Source of the DNA: Minisyncoccia bacterium
GTDB lineage: Bacteria > Patescibacteriota > Minisyncoccia > Phycocordibacterales > UBA9973
Direction: 5' to 3'
DNA length: 39,068 nucleotides
NCBI GenBank assembly: GCA_039809245.1
Contig: JBDHUP010000003.1
Span: 1 to 39,068, forward strand
The position numbers and the translations under genes were made by a program. Positions within the stretch are counted from its first letter, which is position 1. Each line of letters starts with the position of its first letter. The notes beneath the pieces were generated by a model, which saw only the letters and a program-made list of their open reading frames with translations, searched no databases and was not told the DNA's origin. Positions 9,962-19,569 of the stretch are shown one piece after another.

Positions 9962-11663
9962 GACCTTCATTTATTATATGATCTTTTATATATTCTTTGG
10001 TTGCTCCAACTTTCTTACCAGGGTTAAAAATATTTTGCGGGTCGAATATGCTTTTTGTTTTTTCAAATAAAGAGTAAATCTTTTCTCCGAACATTTGTAT
10101 CAAGAATGGAGAGCGAATGATACCATCATTATGCTCAGCTGTCGTAGAACCTTTATATTCTAATACTAGGTCATATACTTTGTCAGATAGCTCAAGGATA
10201 ATTTTAGAAGTATTTGGATCACTGAAATCCATAAGAGGTATAACATGGAAGTTACCATTTCCAGCGTGTCCTGCAACAGTGTATGTAATAGGATATTGAT
10301 CTAGTATCTTATTTAGTTTGGGTAAGAATTCAGGTAGAAACTCTGGGCGGACAATAATATCATCTATGAATGGTGCTGTATGTTTGTCTTTAATATGTTT
10401 ACGTAGTAATGCGAAGCTTTCACGTCGTATATCCCAATATTTTTCTGATTCGCTTTGTGATGAAGTAGTTCTGACTTTAAATGGGAATTTCTTTAGATCT
10501 GGTAATAATGCTTTTGCATCTCTATCAATTTCTTTCTCACTTCCACCTGCAAATTCAACAAGTAGTATTAACTTTGGCATACCAAATGTACTCATCATAA
10601 ATACTTCTGGCCAAAAGCTCCACATAAACTTAATCATTCCCCAAAAACCTTTCTTCTTTAAAAAATCAGGGAAGAACTTAATAGCGAGCTTCATCGTAGC
10701 ATCGTCATATGATTCTAAACTCTCTGGATGGTGTGGAAGTATAGTGTCAACAAGCTCCCCAAGCTTTGTAATATCTTTCATAAAAATAACTACGAGCTTA
10801 GAAGCTTTTTTAACATCTACTAAATGAAAAGTGATTTTTGTAACTATCCCAAGTGTACCCTGAGAGCCAACTATAAGTTTCGTAAGATCAAAAATCTCTT
10901 TCTCTTCGTCCCAAACATTCCACAAATAGTAACCTGCTGAATTTTTAGAAACATTCGGTTTTGCTTTCTTGATATCTTCTTTATTTTCATTAATAGTTTG
11001 GAAAATATTCTTATAGATATCTCCTTCGAAGTCTCCTTGGGCTATTTTGGAATAAAGTTCTTTCTTAGTTAGTGGTTTTACGGTATATTCTCGGCTATCA
11101 GCAAATACTACTTGGAGTTCTTTTATATAGTCTTCAGTTTTACCATAGTTTAAAGTTTTCTCTCCTGCTGAATTATTCCCTACCATTCCACCGAGAGCAT
11201 TTAAGCTTTTAGATGCTGTGTAGCATGGTAGAAGTAAGCCTTCCTTGAGTGTCAGAGGTTCGAAATCACGATAGTAAACACCTGGGCCAACTGTCGCCAT
11301 TCCAGTAATAGTAACCTTATGAGAATTTGGATACTTAGGGGTAATCTCAAATGGCGATATCCTTTCAATTTTCTCAATTTTATTTAAATATCTTGTAAAA
11401 TCTAAAATTATAGATTCGCCAATTGCACCTCCAGCCATACAAGTTCCTGCAGAACGTGGTGTTAAAGCAAGTTTTGGATATTTGCTCTTATTTTCACTTA
11501 CCCACTTAACTAAAGTTTTAATGTCTTCATTATCTTTTGGGAAAAGCACCAACTCAGGTCGCACTTCAAGCAACGATGCATCACGGGAATACTTTGCAAG
11601 TGATTCTTCGCTATCTTCTATATCGCCCTTCCAAAATTTCTTAATTTCTTCTTTTAAATCCAT
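9939..11663 (-). CDS. FAD-linked oxidase, GlcD/D-lactate dehydrogenase-like
   Basis: PRSAGT..AG, GGMVGNNSAG, GSQGTLG, GHAGNGNFH, AEHNDG, FDPQNIFNPGK. Confidence 0.9.
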   Translation of the reverse strand: MDLKEEIKKFWKGDIEDSEESLAKYSRDASLLEVRPELVLFPKDNEDIKTLVKWVSENKSKYPKLALTPRSAGTCMAGGAIGESIILDFTRYLNKIEKIERISPFEITPKYPNSHKVTITGMATVGPGVYYRDFEPLTLKEGLLLPCYTASKSLNALGGMVGNNSAGEKTLNYGKTEDYIKELQVVFADSREYTVKPLTKKELYSKIAQGDFEGDIYKNIFQTINENKEDIKKAKPNVSKNSAGYYLWNVWDEEKEIFDLTKLIVGSQGTLGIVTKITFHLVDVKKASKLVVIFMKDITKLGELVDTILPHHPESLESYDDATMKLAIKFFPDFLKKKGFWGMIKFMWSFWPEVFMMSTFGMPKLILLVEFAGGSEKEIDRDAKALLPDLKKFPFKVRTTSSQSESEKYWDIRRESFALLRKHIKDKHTAPFIDDIIVRPEFLPEFLPKLNKILDQYPITYTVAGHAGNGNFHVIPLMDFSDPNTSKIILELSDKVYDLVLEYKGSTTAEHNDGIIRSPFLIQMFGEKIYSLFEKTKSIFDPQNIFNPGKKVGATKEYIKDHIINEGHEHSHKI

Positions 11664-11665
11664 AA

Positions 11666-12538
11666 CTATTTCATTCCATTAAATAATTTCAATCTAGCTT
11701 CAACAACTTTCTCAATCGCTTCAACGGCTTCTGGTAAATATTTATATGGAGCTATCTCATCTGGTTTTGAATGAATAGCTTTATCTAGAGCTTCTTTATA
11801 GGCTATGCGAATCTCTGTATTTATATGGACAATGTCGATGCCATTCTTGATGCATTCTGAAAAATCTTCATCCATAGTACCTGAACCACCATGTAGAACT
11901 AACGGAACTCCAGTGGCTTCTCTGATAGCTTTTACTCTCTCTGGGTGTAGCCTTGGGTTACCACTCTTGACCATACCATGAACATTCCCTACTGATGGAG
12001 CGAGCATATCTACTCCTGTTGCTTCTACAAAAGTTTTTGCATCTTCTGGGTTTGTCATAGTCGCCTCTGATACGCCATCTGGAATTTCATCTAATATTTT
12101 AGATGATTGACCTATGAATCCGAGTTCTGCTTCTATAAGCACGTCACGACCTGTTGCTTTATTTACTTCATGAGCATAATCAACACATTTTTTAGTAAGA
12201 GCTATGTTTTCTTCAAGTGGAATTTTTGCTCCATCTATAATAACTGCATCATAACCGGCATCTATAGCAGCTTTTACAGTTTCAAAACTGTAATGATGAT
12301 CACCATTTAAGAATATTGGATAGTTATCTTTCTCTCTTAGAGCCTGAATAAGAGCAACTCCTTCAGTCATTCCGACAAACTTCTCTTCGCCTTCAGTCAT
12401 TCCGATAATTATAGGTAAGTTCAGCTTTTTTGCTGCATTGTAAACTCCGTGTAATCCCTCTAAATTTGAAATATTAAAATGTCCTATGGCAACTCCTTTC
12501 TCGTCTGCTTCTTTTATGTATTCACGAAGTGTCTTCAT
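11666..12538 (-). CDS. fba: Class II fructose-bisphosphate aldolase
   Basis: DH Zn motif, EAELG, GNVHG, LVLHGGSG, INTE. Confidence 0.93.
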   Translation of the reverse strand: MKTLREYIKEADEKGVAIGHFNISNLEGLHGVYNAAKKLNLPIIIGMTEGEEKFVGMTEGVALIQALREKDNYPIFLNGDHHYSFETVKAAIDAGYDAVIIDGAKIPLEENIALTKKCVDYAHEVNKATGRDVLIEAELGFIGQSSKILDEIPDGVSEATMTNPEDAKTFVEATGVDMLAPSVGNVHGMVKSGNPRLHPERVKAIREATGVPLVLHGGSGTMDEDFSECIKNGIDIVHINTEIRIAYKEALDKAIHSKPDEIAPYKYLPEAVEAIEKVVEARLKLFNGMK

Positions 12539-12576
12539 ATTTAAAATTATATCACACTGTGTTACAATAGGCCTAT

Positions 12577-13569
12577 ATGGATAAACAAATTGACTTTTTA
12601 GCTATCGGTGACTTAGTTGTCGATGATTTTATTAGACTCAAAGATGCAGAAGCTACTTGCGATCTTGATCAAGAAAACTGTAAACTTTGCGTTCGTTTCG
12701 GAGATAAAGTGCCTTTCGAGTTTCATGAAGTAGTATATGCAGTTGGAAATAGTGCAAATGCTGCAGTATCTGCTAGTCGTTTAGGATTAAGGGCAGCTCT
12801 CTCTGGTGTAGTTGGTGACGATGAAAATGGTGAAAAATGTAAGAAAGCTTTAACTGACAATAATGTGAGCTTGGATTATATCGAAACTGATCCAAAACTT
12901 CCTACGAACTATCATTATGTGCTTTGGTATGGACCAGAGCGCACCATCTTGGTAAACCATGCTCCTTTTGAACGTCATTTTCCTAAAGATATGGTTCCTC
13001 CGAAATGGATATACCTTTCGTCTTTAGGTGAGAATACCGAAGCCTTTCATCACGAGATAGCAGATTGGCTTAAAAACCACCCTGAGACAAAACTTGCATT
13101 TCAGCCAGGAACATTTCAGATGAAGCTCGGAGTAGAAAAATTAAAAGATATATACACTCAAGCAGAATTATTCTTCTGTAACGTAGATGAAGCACAGAGA
13201 ATCCTAAAGATAACAGAACTTGATCCAAAGAAGCTTATGGACGCATTACATAATCTCGGACCAAAAATAATAATACTTACTGATGGTATTAAAGGTGCTT
13301 ATGCTCGTGAAGAGAATGGAGATATGTGGTTTATGCCAATATACCCGCATACACCAGTAGATCGTACTGGTGCAGGAGATGCTTATGAGTCCACGATTAC
13401 CGCAGCACTGTGTATGGGTAAAACACTTGCCGAAGCTATAACATGGGCTCCGATAAACGCCATGGCAGTAACTCAAGAGATAGGTGCTCAGAAAGGCTTG
13501 CTTTCAAAAGAAAAACTTGAAGAACTATTAGCAAAAGCTCCAGAAAATTACAAAATATCAAAAATATAA
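12577..13569 (+). CDS. PfkB/ribokinase-family carbohydrate kinase
   Basis: GNSANAAV..SRLG, VGDDENG, DRTGAGDAY anion hole. Confidence 0.92.
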   Translation: MDKQIDFLAIGDLVVDDFIRLKDAEATCDLDQENCKLCVRFGDKVPFEFHEVVYAVGNSANAAVSASRLGLRAALSGVVGDDENGEKCKKALTDNNVSLDYIETDPKLPTNYHYVLWYGPERTILVNHAPFERHFPKDMVPPKWIYLSSLGENTEAFHHEIADWLKNHPETKLAFQPGTFQMKLGVEKLKDIYTQAELFFCNVDEAQRILKITELDPKKLMDALHNLGPKIIILTDGIKGAYAREENGDMWFMPIYPHTPVDRTGAGDAYESTITAALCMGKTLAEAITWAPINAMAVTQEIGAQKGLLSKEKLEELLAKAPENYKISKI

Positions 13570-13575
13570 TTTAGT

Positions 13576-13612
13576 AAGTAAAAAACCCTATAGTATATAG
13601 GGTTTTTTACTT
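13576..13612. terminator. Bidirectional terminator after PfkB gene
   Basis: aagtaaaaaaccctata-gta-tatagggttttttactt perfect inverted repeat. Confidence 0.8.
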
Positions 13613-13639
13613 GACTTTTACGTTTTAATTTGCTATAAT
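13611..13639 (+). promoter_or_regulatory. Sigma70-type promoter
   Basis: TTGACT-N17-TATAAT with extended TG. Confidence 0.75.
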
Positions 13640-13694
13640 ACTCTTAACAAATTGAACTTTATATTACTTAACCAACCCAAAAAATTTGTCAATT

Positions 13695-13958
13695 ATGATT
13701 TTTAATGTTCATCAGTTTGAAATTAACAATGTTTCTGTATCTTACAAAACAAGTATCCATTTTAAAAAATGGATTAAAAAATGGAAAATTGCTTGTGATG
13801 TAATTGAAAAACTTACTAACCGGTGGCAACTTCACTGGGAGGGTAAAAGAAAACTAGCTACAGAAAAATTGCCTATTATCGAAAGTAAGCTAAATTTACT
13901 TTTCAAAATGAGGGATAAATTTGAGGAAATGATTCGTGAAGAAAAACCTGCGTTTTAA
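13695..13958 (+). CDS. Hypothetical basic protein (about 87 aa)
   Basis: ORF between a consensus promoter and a terminator; no recognised motif. Confidence 0.55.
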   Translation: MIFNVHQFEINNVSVSYKTSIHFKKWIKKWKIACDVIEKLTNRWQLHWEGKRKLATEKLPIIESKLNLLFKMRDKFEEMIREEKPAF

Positions 13959-13979
13959 AAGGTAGCTCACAAACTTTAA

Positions 13980-14008
13980 AAAAGCTGTTACAATTTGTAA
14001 CAGCTTTT
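13980..14008. terminator. Bidirectional terminator between convergent genes
   Basis: aaaagctgttacaa-t-ttgtaacagctttt. Confidence 0.75.
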
Positions 14009-14012
14009 CTTT

Positions 14013-14648
14013 TTATCCAGCTACTGGAACTGTAGTTGCTTCAGGGATTTTAGGTTCATCAGTGCTTGCTACACTTCCTTTTATATCATCATAGAATTTT
14101 GCAAGTGAAACTTTCACATAAGGTATTAACCAGAGATATCCGATACCTAAAGTAAGTATGCAAAGTAAACCCCAACCGATAAATCGAATTTCTAAACAGA
14201 AAAGCTTCCATTTATTCCCTTGCATAATCATTTTACTTTTCTTTATAGCATCATTTATCCCTATATTTTTATCATCTGCAAGTACGTAAAAAGTCTGTGA
14301 GTAAGCATAAGCCGCAATTATTCCTGGCACAATAAGAAGCAAGAGTCTTAAGAAAACATAAATTACAACCAAGAAGTAAGCCTTCAATGCTCTTACCCAG
14401 GTGTTGAATCCTTCGAATATCCTACCGAGTTCAGGATTTTGGCCTCTTGAGAATGCAAGCCAGAATATTGCTAAACCAAGCATAAATGGTCCTGTTACTA
14501 TAAGTGAAGCTAAGCGACCAAACACAGGTATAGCTTGAACTAATATACTAATAAGTACGTAAACAAGAGTAACTTTTACAGCTAATCTCCATTTCCCTTT
14601 CAAGCTTTCTCTTGCTTGCTCCATTAATATTTTATTTGGTGTATTCAT
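14013..14648 (-). CDS. DUF975-family integral membrane protein
   Basis: ARESLKGKW, LLLIVPGIIAAYAYS, SK..MQGNKWKLF, LWLIPY, FYDD. Confidence 0.85.
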   Translation of the reverse strand: MNTPNKILMEQARESLKGKWRLAVKVTLVYVLISILVQAIPVFGRLASLIVTGPFMLGLAIFWLAFSRGQNPELGRIFEGFNTWVRALKAYFLVVIYVFLRLLLLIVPGIIAAYAYSQTFYVLADDKNIGINDAIKKSKMIMQGNKWKLFCLEIRFIGWGLLCILTLGIGYLWLIPYVKVSLAKFYDDIKGSVASTDEPKIPEATTVPVAG

Positions 14649-14691
14649 TTTAATTAATATATTTAATAATTATCCAAATTATGATAAATTT

Positions 14692-15687
14692 TTACTTTCT
14701 AGTCAATACTTTCTCTACTGCTTTAGTAATATGAGACACTCCCATTTCATAGTGTTCTATTAATTCAGCTGGTGTTCCAGATTGACCAAACTTATTTTTC
14801 ACTCCAATAAACTCTATTGGTACTGGGTAATTTGCACTCAAACATTCTGCTACAGCAGAACCCATACCGCATGCTATCTGGTGTTCTTCTACTGTTACAA
14901 TTGCTTTTGTTTCTTTTGCAAGCGTAATGATAGCTTCTTCATCTAGAGGTTTGATGGTAGCTAAATTTAATACTTTAACCTTCACTCCCTTTTTTTCTAA
15001 ATCTTTAGCAGCAACAAGGGCTTTGTGAACAAGTGCTCCCGTAGCGATAATACCTACTTGAGCTAAACCTTGCTCAGGGATAAACACTAGTTGAGCCTTC
15101 CCTATCTCAAATGGAGTATCTTCAGTAGTTATGATTGGAGTATTTTCACGGGCAAGGCGTAAATATGTAGGTTCTTTTGTTTTAGCGCAAGCAATGGTTG
15201 CCTTTTTAGCTTCAATTGCATCACATGGAGATATAACCACCATATTCGGAACTACGCGCATAATAGCTAAATCTTCAACAGCTTGGTGTGTACCTCCATC
15301 TGGTCCAACAGATATACCAGCATGTGAACCTGCAATTTTTACCGGCCGATCATTATAGGCTATGGTTGTACGAATTTGTTCCCAGTTACGTCCTGGAGAA
15401 AACATTGCATAAGAAGATATAAAGGGAATTTTACCCATTGCAGCCATACCCGATGCAACAGTCGCTAAGTTCTGCTCTGCGACACCTATCTCTACAAACC
15501 TATCTGGGAATTTCTCAGCAAACAGATTCATCTTCGTTGAGTCAGTAAGGTCAGCACAAAGAGCAACAACTTTCTCATCATCTATACCTGCTTGAAGTAG
15601 GCCTTTACCAAATCCTTGACGAATAGCTACTTGCTCCACATCTTCATTAAATACTTTACTATTGAGTTTTAGTTTATCGTTTAACAT
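14692..15687 (-). CDS. Transketolase, C-terminal subunit
   Basis: GIAEQN-like GVAEQN, GPDGGTHQ, TVEEH. Confidence 0.93.
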   Translation of the reverse strand: MLNDKLKLNSKVFNEDVEQVAIRQGFGKGLLQAGIDDEKVVALCADLTDSTKMNLFAEKFPDRFVEIGVAEQNLATVASGMAAMGKIPFISSYAMFSPGRNWEQIRTTIAYNDRPVKIAGSHAGISVGPDGGTHQAVEDLAIMRVVPNMVVISPCDAIEAKKATIACAKTKEPTYLRLARENTPIITTEDTPFEIGKAQLVFIPEQGLAQVGIIATGALVHKALVAAKDLEKKGVKVKVLNLATIKPLDEEAIITLAKETKAIVTVEEHQIACGMGSAVAECLSANYPVPIEFIGVKNKFGQSGTPAELIEHYEMGVSHITKAVEKVLTRK

Positions 15688-16557
15688 TTATTCATGTTCG
15701 CTTTTAATTTGACCTCCGAGCGTTCGGAGTTCTTTTAATGCCATATCTGCCTGTTTTTTATTTGGTGGAGTGCCGTGCCAGTGATAATCGCGCTCAAATT
15801 CTTTCACACCTTTACCTGGAATAGTCCTCGCAATGATTACGGAAGGTCTCTCGTATACAGCTTTTGCAATCCTTATCGCATCATCAATCTCTCTAAAGTT
15901 ATGACCATCTATTTCTTGTACGTGCCAGTCAAACTGAGCGTACTTCATACCTAGATCACCAAGAGGCATTATATTCTCGGTATATCCATCTATCTGAATA
16001 TTATTCCTATCAACAATAACTAAAAGATTTCTTAATTTTTCTTTCCCTGCAAGCATAACTGCTTCCCAAGTGTTCCCTTCATCATGTTCCCCATCTGAAA
16101 GTAGCGCATATATAGTCTTGTCTGTTCCTACTCCATTATCTATACGGTCAGCTATAGCCATTCCTACCGCTTGTGATAAACCTGATCCGAGTGGGCCTGA
16201 TGAGTTCTCAAGCCAAGGCATAAACTCTCGGTGAGGGTGACCTTGGAGTCTAGAGCCAAATTTGCGTAGAGTTAGAAGCTCTTTTATAGGCATATAACCA
16301 GCGTGAGCCATAGTAGCGTATAAAACTGGGCATATGTGACCATTTGATAAGACTAATCGATCACGTCCTGGCCAATCTGGTCTTTTGGGATCGTGCTTTA
16401 TTGAATGGAAATAGAGTAAAGTAAATATATCAGCCATTCCAAGTGGACCTGCAGTATGACCAGATTTTGCTTCAAGTAGCATTTCAATAATACTCTGGCG
16501 AATCATATTCGCTTTTATTTCAAGTTCTTTTATTTTTATATCTGTTAGGTTTTCCAT
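15688..16557 (-). CDS. Transketolase, N-terminal (TPP-binding) subunit
   Basis: SGH, DRLVLSNGH, LQGHP, SDGE..EG..NN TPP motif, WHG. Confidence 0.94.
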   Translation of the reverse strand: MENLTDIKIKELEIKANMIRQSIIEMLLEAKSGHTAGPLGMADIFTLLYFHSIKHDPKRPDWPGRDRLVLSNGHICPVLYATMAHAGYMPIKELLTLRKFGSRLQGHPHREFMPWLENSSGPLGSGLSQAVGMAIADRIDNGVGTDKTIYALLSDGEHDEGNTWEAVMLAGKEKLRNLLVIVDRNNIQIDGYTENIMPLGDLGMKYAQFDWHVQEIDGHNFREIDDAIRIAKAVYERPSVIIARTIPGKGVKEFERDYHWHGTPPNKKQADMALKELRTLGGQIKSEHE

Positions 16558-16559
16558 AT

Positions 16560-17249
16560 TTATAAACTCTCAAGAGATCTTATAGTCTCGCGCATATCAT
16601 AACTATGAAGTAATGCTGAGCCTACCACTAATCGGTTAGCACCAGCTTCTACAAGTAGTGGTGCAGTATCTTCATTTACACTACCATCTACACTTATTAT
16701 AAGCTCTGGGTAAAGCTTTCGCAATTCTTTTATTTGATTTAGGACGCGTTCATCGAATGGTTCACCTTGTTTACCGATGTGTTCGATTCCCATACATTGA
16801 ACAAAATCGATTAAAGATATTAAATTTTTTAGTTCATCTGTAGGAGTTGTTGTATTTATAGCTATTCCTATCTGAATGTTGTCTCTCGTATACATATCAA
16901 GACCTTCTAGGAATTCTTTAAACTTTTCTTTATTACTCTCTGCTTCAATATGAAATATAATTCTTTTAGCACCTAAGCGAGTGAAAAATTCAAACTGTTC
17001 ATGTGCATTCCTAACCATAAGATCGAATTCAAAATCAAGAGTATCCCAGTAAGGCAAACCTTCTTCTTCATTTAGTATTGCTTCAACTGAGGCTTCATCA
17101 GAAGGATTCATCGGCCAGGACGTTGAACTTACGAATTTACCATCACATACATCAATTTGCACAGCTCTGGCAAATTTAACAACCTGTGCAAGCTTTTCTT
17201 GCAATTCATTAAAATCTTCTACTAGTAGTGCGGGTATTACTTCAGTCAT
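16560..17249 (-). CDS. rpe: Ribulose-phosphate 3-epimerase
   Basis: IDVCDGKFV, DLMV, FHIE, GKQG, SVDG, LVVGSA; start at MTEV. Confidence 0.88.
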   Translation of the reverse strand: MTEVIPALLVEDFNELQEKLAQVVKFARAVQIDVCDGKFVSSTSWPMNPSDEASVEAILNEEEGLPYWDTLDFEFDLMVRNAHEQFEFFTRLGAKRIIFHIEAESNKEKFKEFLEGLDMYTRDNIQIGIAINTTTPTDELKNLISLIDFVQCMGIEHIGKQGEPFDERVLNQIKELRKLYPELIISVDGSVNEDTAPLLVEAGANRLVVGSALLHSYDMRETIRSLESL

Positions 17250-17250
17250 T

Positions 17251-17685
17251 TTAGAATTCACTTATTCTTCTTACATGCCTCTCATCTCCAGAGAAAGGTG
17301 TTTCTAAAAAGATCTTTACAATTCTTTCGGCTTCTTCTTCGTTAATAAATCTTGCTCCAAGGGACAAAATATTTGCATCATTATGCATTCTCGAAGTTTT
17401 TATAATATCTAAATTTCCACCATAGTAAAGTGCAGCACGCGCTCCAGATATCCTGTTTGCACACATTGCTTCCCCTTGACCACTACCACCCAAAACTATA
17501 CCCATACTCTCTTTATCTCCAGCTACTGCTTGAGCAACAGGAGTAATGAAGTGTGGATAATCATCGAACTTCTCAAGTTCAAATGCTCCCATATCTTCTA
17601 CTTCATGGTTTAGTGATCCTAAATAGACTTTAAGTTTCTCTTTTAATTCGAAGCCTGCATGATCTGACCCTACATATACTTTCAT
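17251..17685 (-). CDS. rpiB: Ribose-5-phosphate isomerase B (Glu-type, GGSGxGE)
   Basis: GSDHAG, DYP, GGSGQGE in place of CGTG, HNDANILSLG, RH.RR. Confidence 0.93.
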   Translation of the reverse strand: MKVYVGSDHAGFELKEKLKVYLGSLNHEVEDMGAFELEKFDDYPHFITPVAQAVAGDKESMGIVLGGSGQGEAMCANRISGARAALYYGGNLDIIKTSRMHNDANILSLGARFINEEEAERIVKIFLETPFSGDERHVRRISEF

Positions 17686-17729
17686 AATTAGATTATACCA
17701 TTTAATTAAAACATATTATAATAATAGTT

Positions 17730-18506
17730 GTGATTAACTTTTATAAATACCATGGAGCTGGGAATGATTTTATCCTTATAGACAACAGGGGTAATTCATT
17801 TAATGTTAATGATAAAGAGAAGATAAAGTTACTTTGCCATAGAAGATTTGGAATTGGAGCAGATGGGATTATTTTAGTTGAAAATTCTGATAAATATGAC
17901 TTTTCAATGGTTTATATAAATAGCGATGGAAGTATAGGTTCGATGTGTGGAAACGGTGGGAGGTGTATAGTGCATTTTGCCTATCATGTTTTAAAGATTG
18001 TTAAGAACTCTAAAAAAGTAATGTTCATGGCTGTAGATGGATTACACGAAGCCGAAATAGATGGAGATATTGTAAAACTGAAAATGCAGGATATAAATGA
18101 AATAGGAACACGTAATGAGCTACCATTTATATGCCAAGGAACAACACCACATAATATTTCATTTGTGTCTAACTTAGAAGAATTCCCTGTATTTGAAACT
18201 GGAAGAAAAATAAGATACTTAGATGAGAGTGGAGTAAATGTAAACTTCGTGGAGCTTGTAAATGGAGTATTCCATGTACGTACATATGAGCGTGGTGTAG
18301 AAGATGAGACACTCGCTTGTGGAACAGGAGCGACTTCTGTAGCAATACTAGCTCACAGCCTTGGAATGTTTATAGGGAATATCTGCTATATAAAAATGCC
18401 TGGTGGTGAACTAAGTGTGACATTTACTAAGAAAGATGATGGTACATACGAAAACATTTGGCTCAAAGGTGAAGCCAAATGTGTTTTCAAAGGAGAAATT
18501 ATTTAA
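17730..18506 (+). CDS. dapF: Diaminopimelate epimerase
   Basis: KYHGAGNDF, GIGADG, MCGNGGRC, NVNF, YERGVEDETLACGTG; both catalytic Cys present. Confidence 0.95.
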   Translation: MINFYKYHGAGNDFILIDNRGNSFNVNDKEKIKLLCHRRFGIGADGIILVENSDKYDFSMVYINSDGSIGSMCGNGGRCIVHFAYHVLKIVKNSKKVMFMAVDGLHEAEIDGDIVKLKMQDINEIGTRNELPFICQGTTPHNISFVSNLEEFPVFETGRKIRYLDESGVNVNFVELVNGVFHVRTYERGVEDETLACGTGATSVAILAHSLGMFIGNICYIKMPGGELSVTFTKKDDGTYENIWLKGEAKCVFKGEII

Positions 18507-19530
18507 TAGTTAACCCAGTTTTAATCGCGTGATCTACAAGTGTATGAGTATAAGACATTTCATTATCATACCAACCAAGAACTTTCACTAAGTTCCCTCC
18601 TATAACGCGAGTCATTGCAAGATCCGCTATAGATGCATGTGATTCACCAAGTATATCGCTTGATACTAATGGCTCTTCAGTTATTGCAAAAAGTTTACTC
18701 CATCTGTCACTAACAGCTGCTTTCTTTAGTATTTCATTTACCTCTTCAGCTGTTGTATCTTTCTTTGAAATAAATGTTATATCCACGATTGATCCAGCTG
18801 GTACAGGTACACGTAGAGATATACCATCAAATAGTCCTTCAAGCTCAGGAAACGCTTTTGTTACTGCTATAGCTGCACCTGTAGAGCTTGGAACAATGTT
18901 CTGAGCTGCTGCGCGACCTTCGCGTAGATCTTTCTTGCTCGGGCCATCTACGAGTGATTGTGAAGCTGTATAACCATGCGTAGTAGATAAAACTGCCTTC
19001 TCTATGCCTAGTGCTTCATGAAGAATACCTATAAGTGGTGATGCTGCATTTGTAGTACACGAAGCATTTGATGTGATGTCGCAAGTACCGAATTTCTCTT
19101 CATTTACACCAAGTAATATTGTAGCTCCTTCTACTGTACCGTCGCCTTCTTTAGCGGGAGCAGATATCACTACTTTCTTTGCTCCACAATCTAGGTGAAA
19201 CTTCGCTTTATCATATGAAGTAAACAACCCAGTAGATTCTACAACTACATCTATATCTAAATCTTTCCAAGGGAGCTTTGTTGTATCTTTCTCTGATACA
19301 AAGTGCACTTGTTTACCATCTATATATAAATCTTTACCATCATTTTTTACTTCATGATCCCAATTACGGTATACAGTATCGTGTTTAAGTAAGTAAGTAA
19401 GACTCTCAAGAGTTCCTAGATCATTAAAAGCGACGATTTCAAGCTCAGGTCTATCCCAAGCAATTTTTACAAAAGCTCTTCCAATCCTTCCGAATCCATT
19501 AATAGCTACACGAATTTTTTTTGTTTCCAT
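18499..19530 (-). CDS. gap: Type I glyceraldehyde-3-phosphate dehydrogenase
   Basis: INGFGRIGR, SNASCTTN, STGAA, WYDNE. Confidence 0.97.
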   Translation of the reverse strand: METKKIRVAINGFGRIGRAFVKIAWDRPELEIVAFNDLGTLESLTYLLKHDTVYRNWDHEVKNDGKDLYIDGKQVHFVSEKDTTKLPWKDLDIDVVVESTGLFTSYDKAKFHLDCGAKKVVISAPAKEGDGTVEGATILLGVNEEKFGTCDITSNASCTTNAASPLIGILHEALGIEKAVLSTTHGYTASQSLVDGPSKKDLREGRAAAQNIVPSSTGAAIAVTKAFPELEGLFDGISLRVPVPAGSIVDITFISKKDTTAEEVNEILKKAAVSDRWSKLFAITEEPLVSSDILGESHASIADLAMTRVIGGNLVKVLGWYDNEMSYTHTLVDHAIKTGLTIK

Positions 19531-19569
19531 AATATGATTATATCATTGGGAGGTCTAAGGGACAAATAA

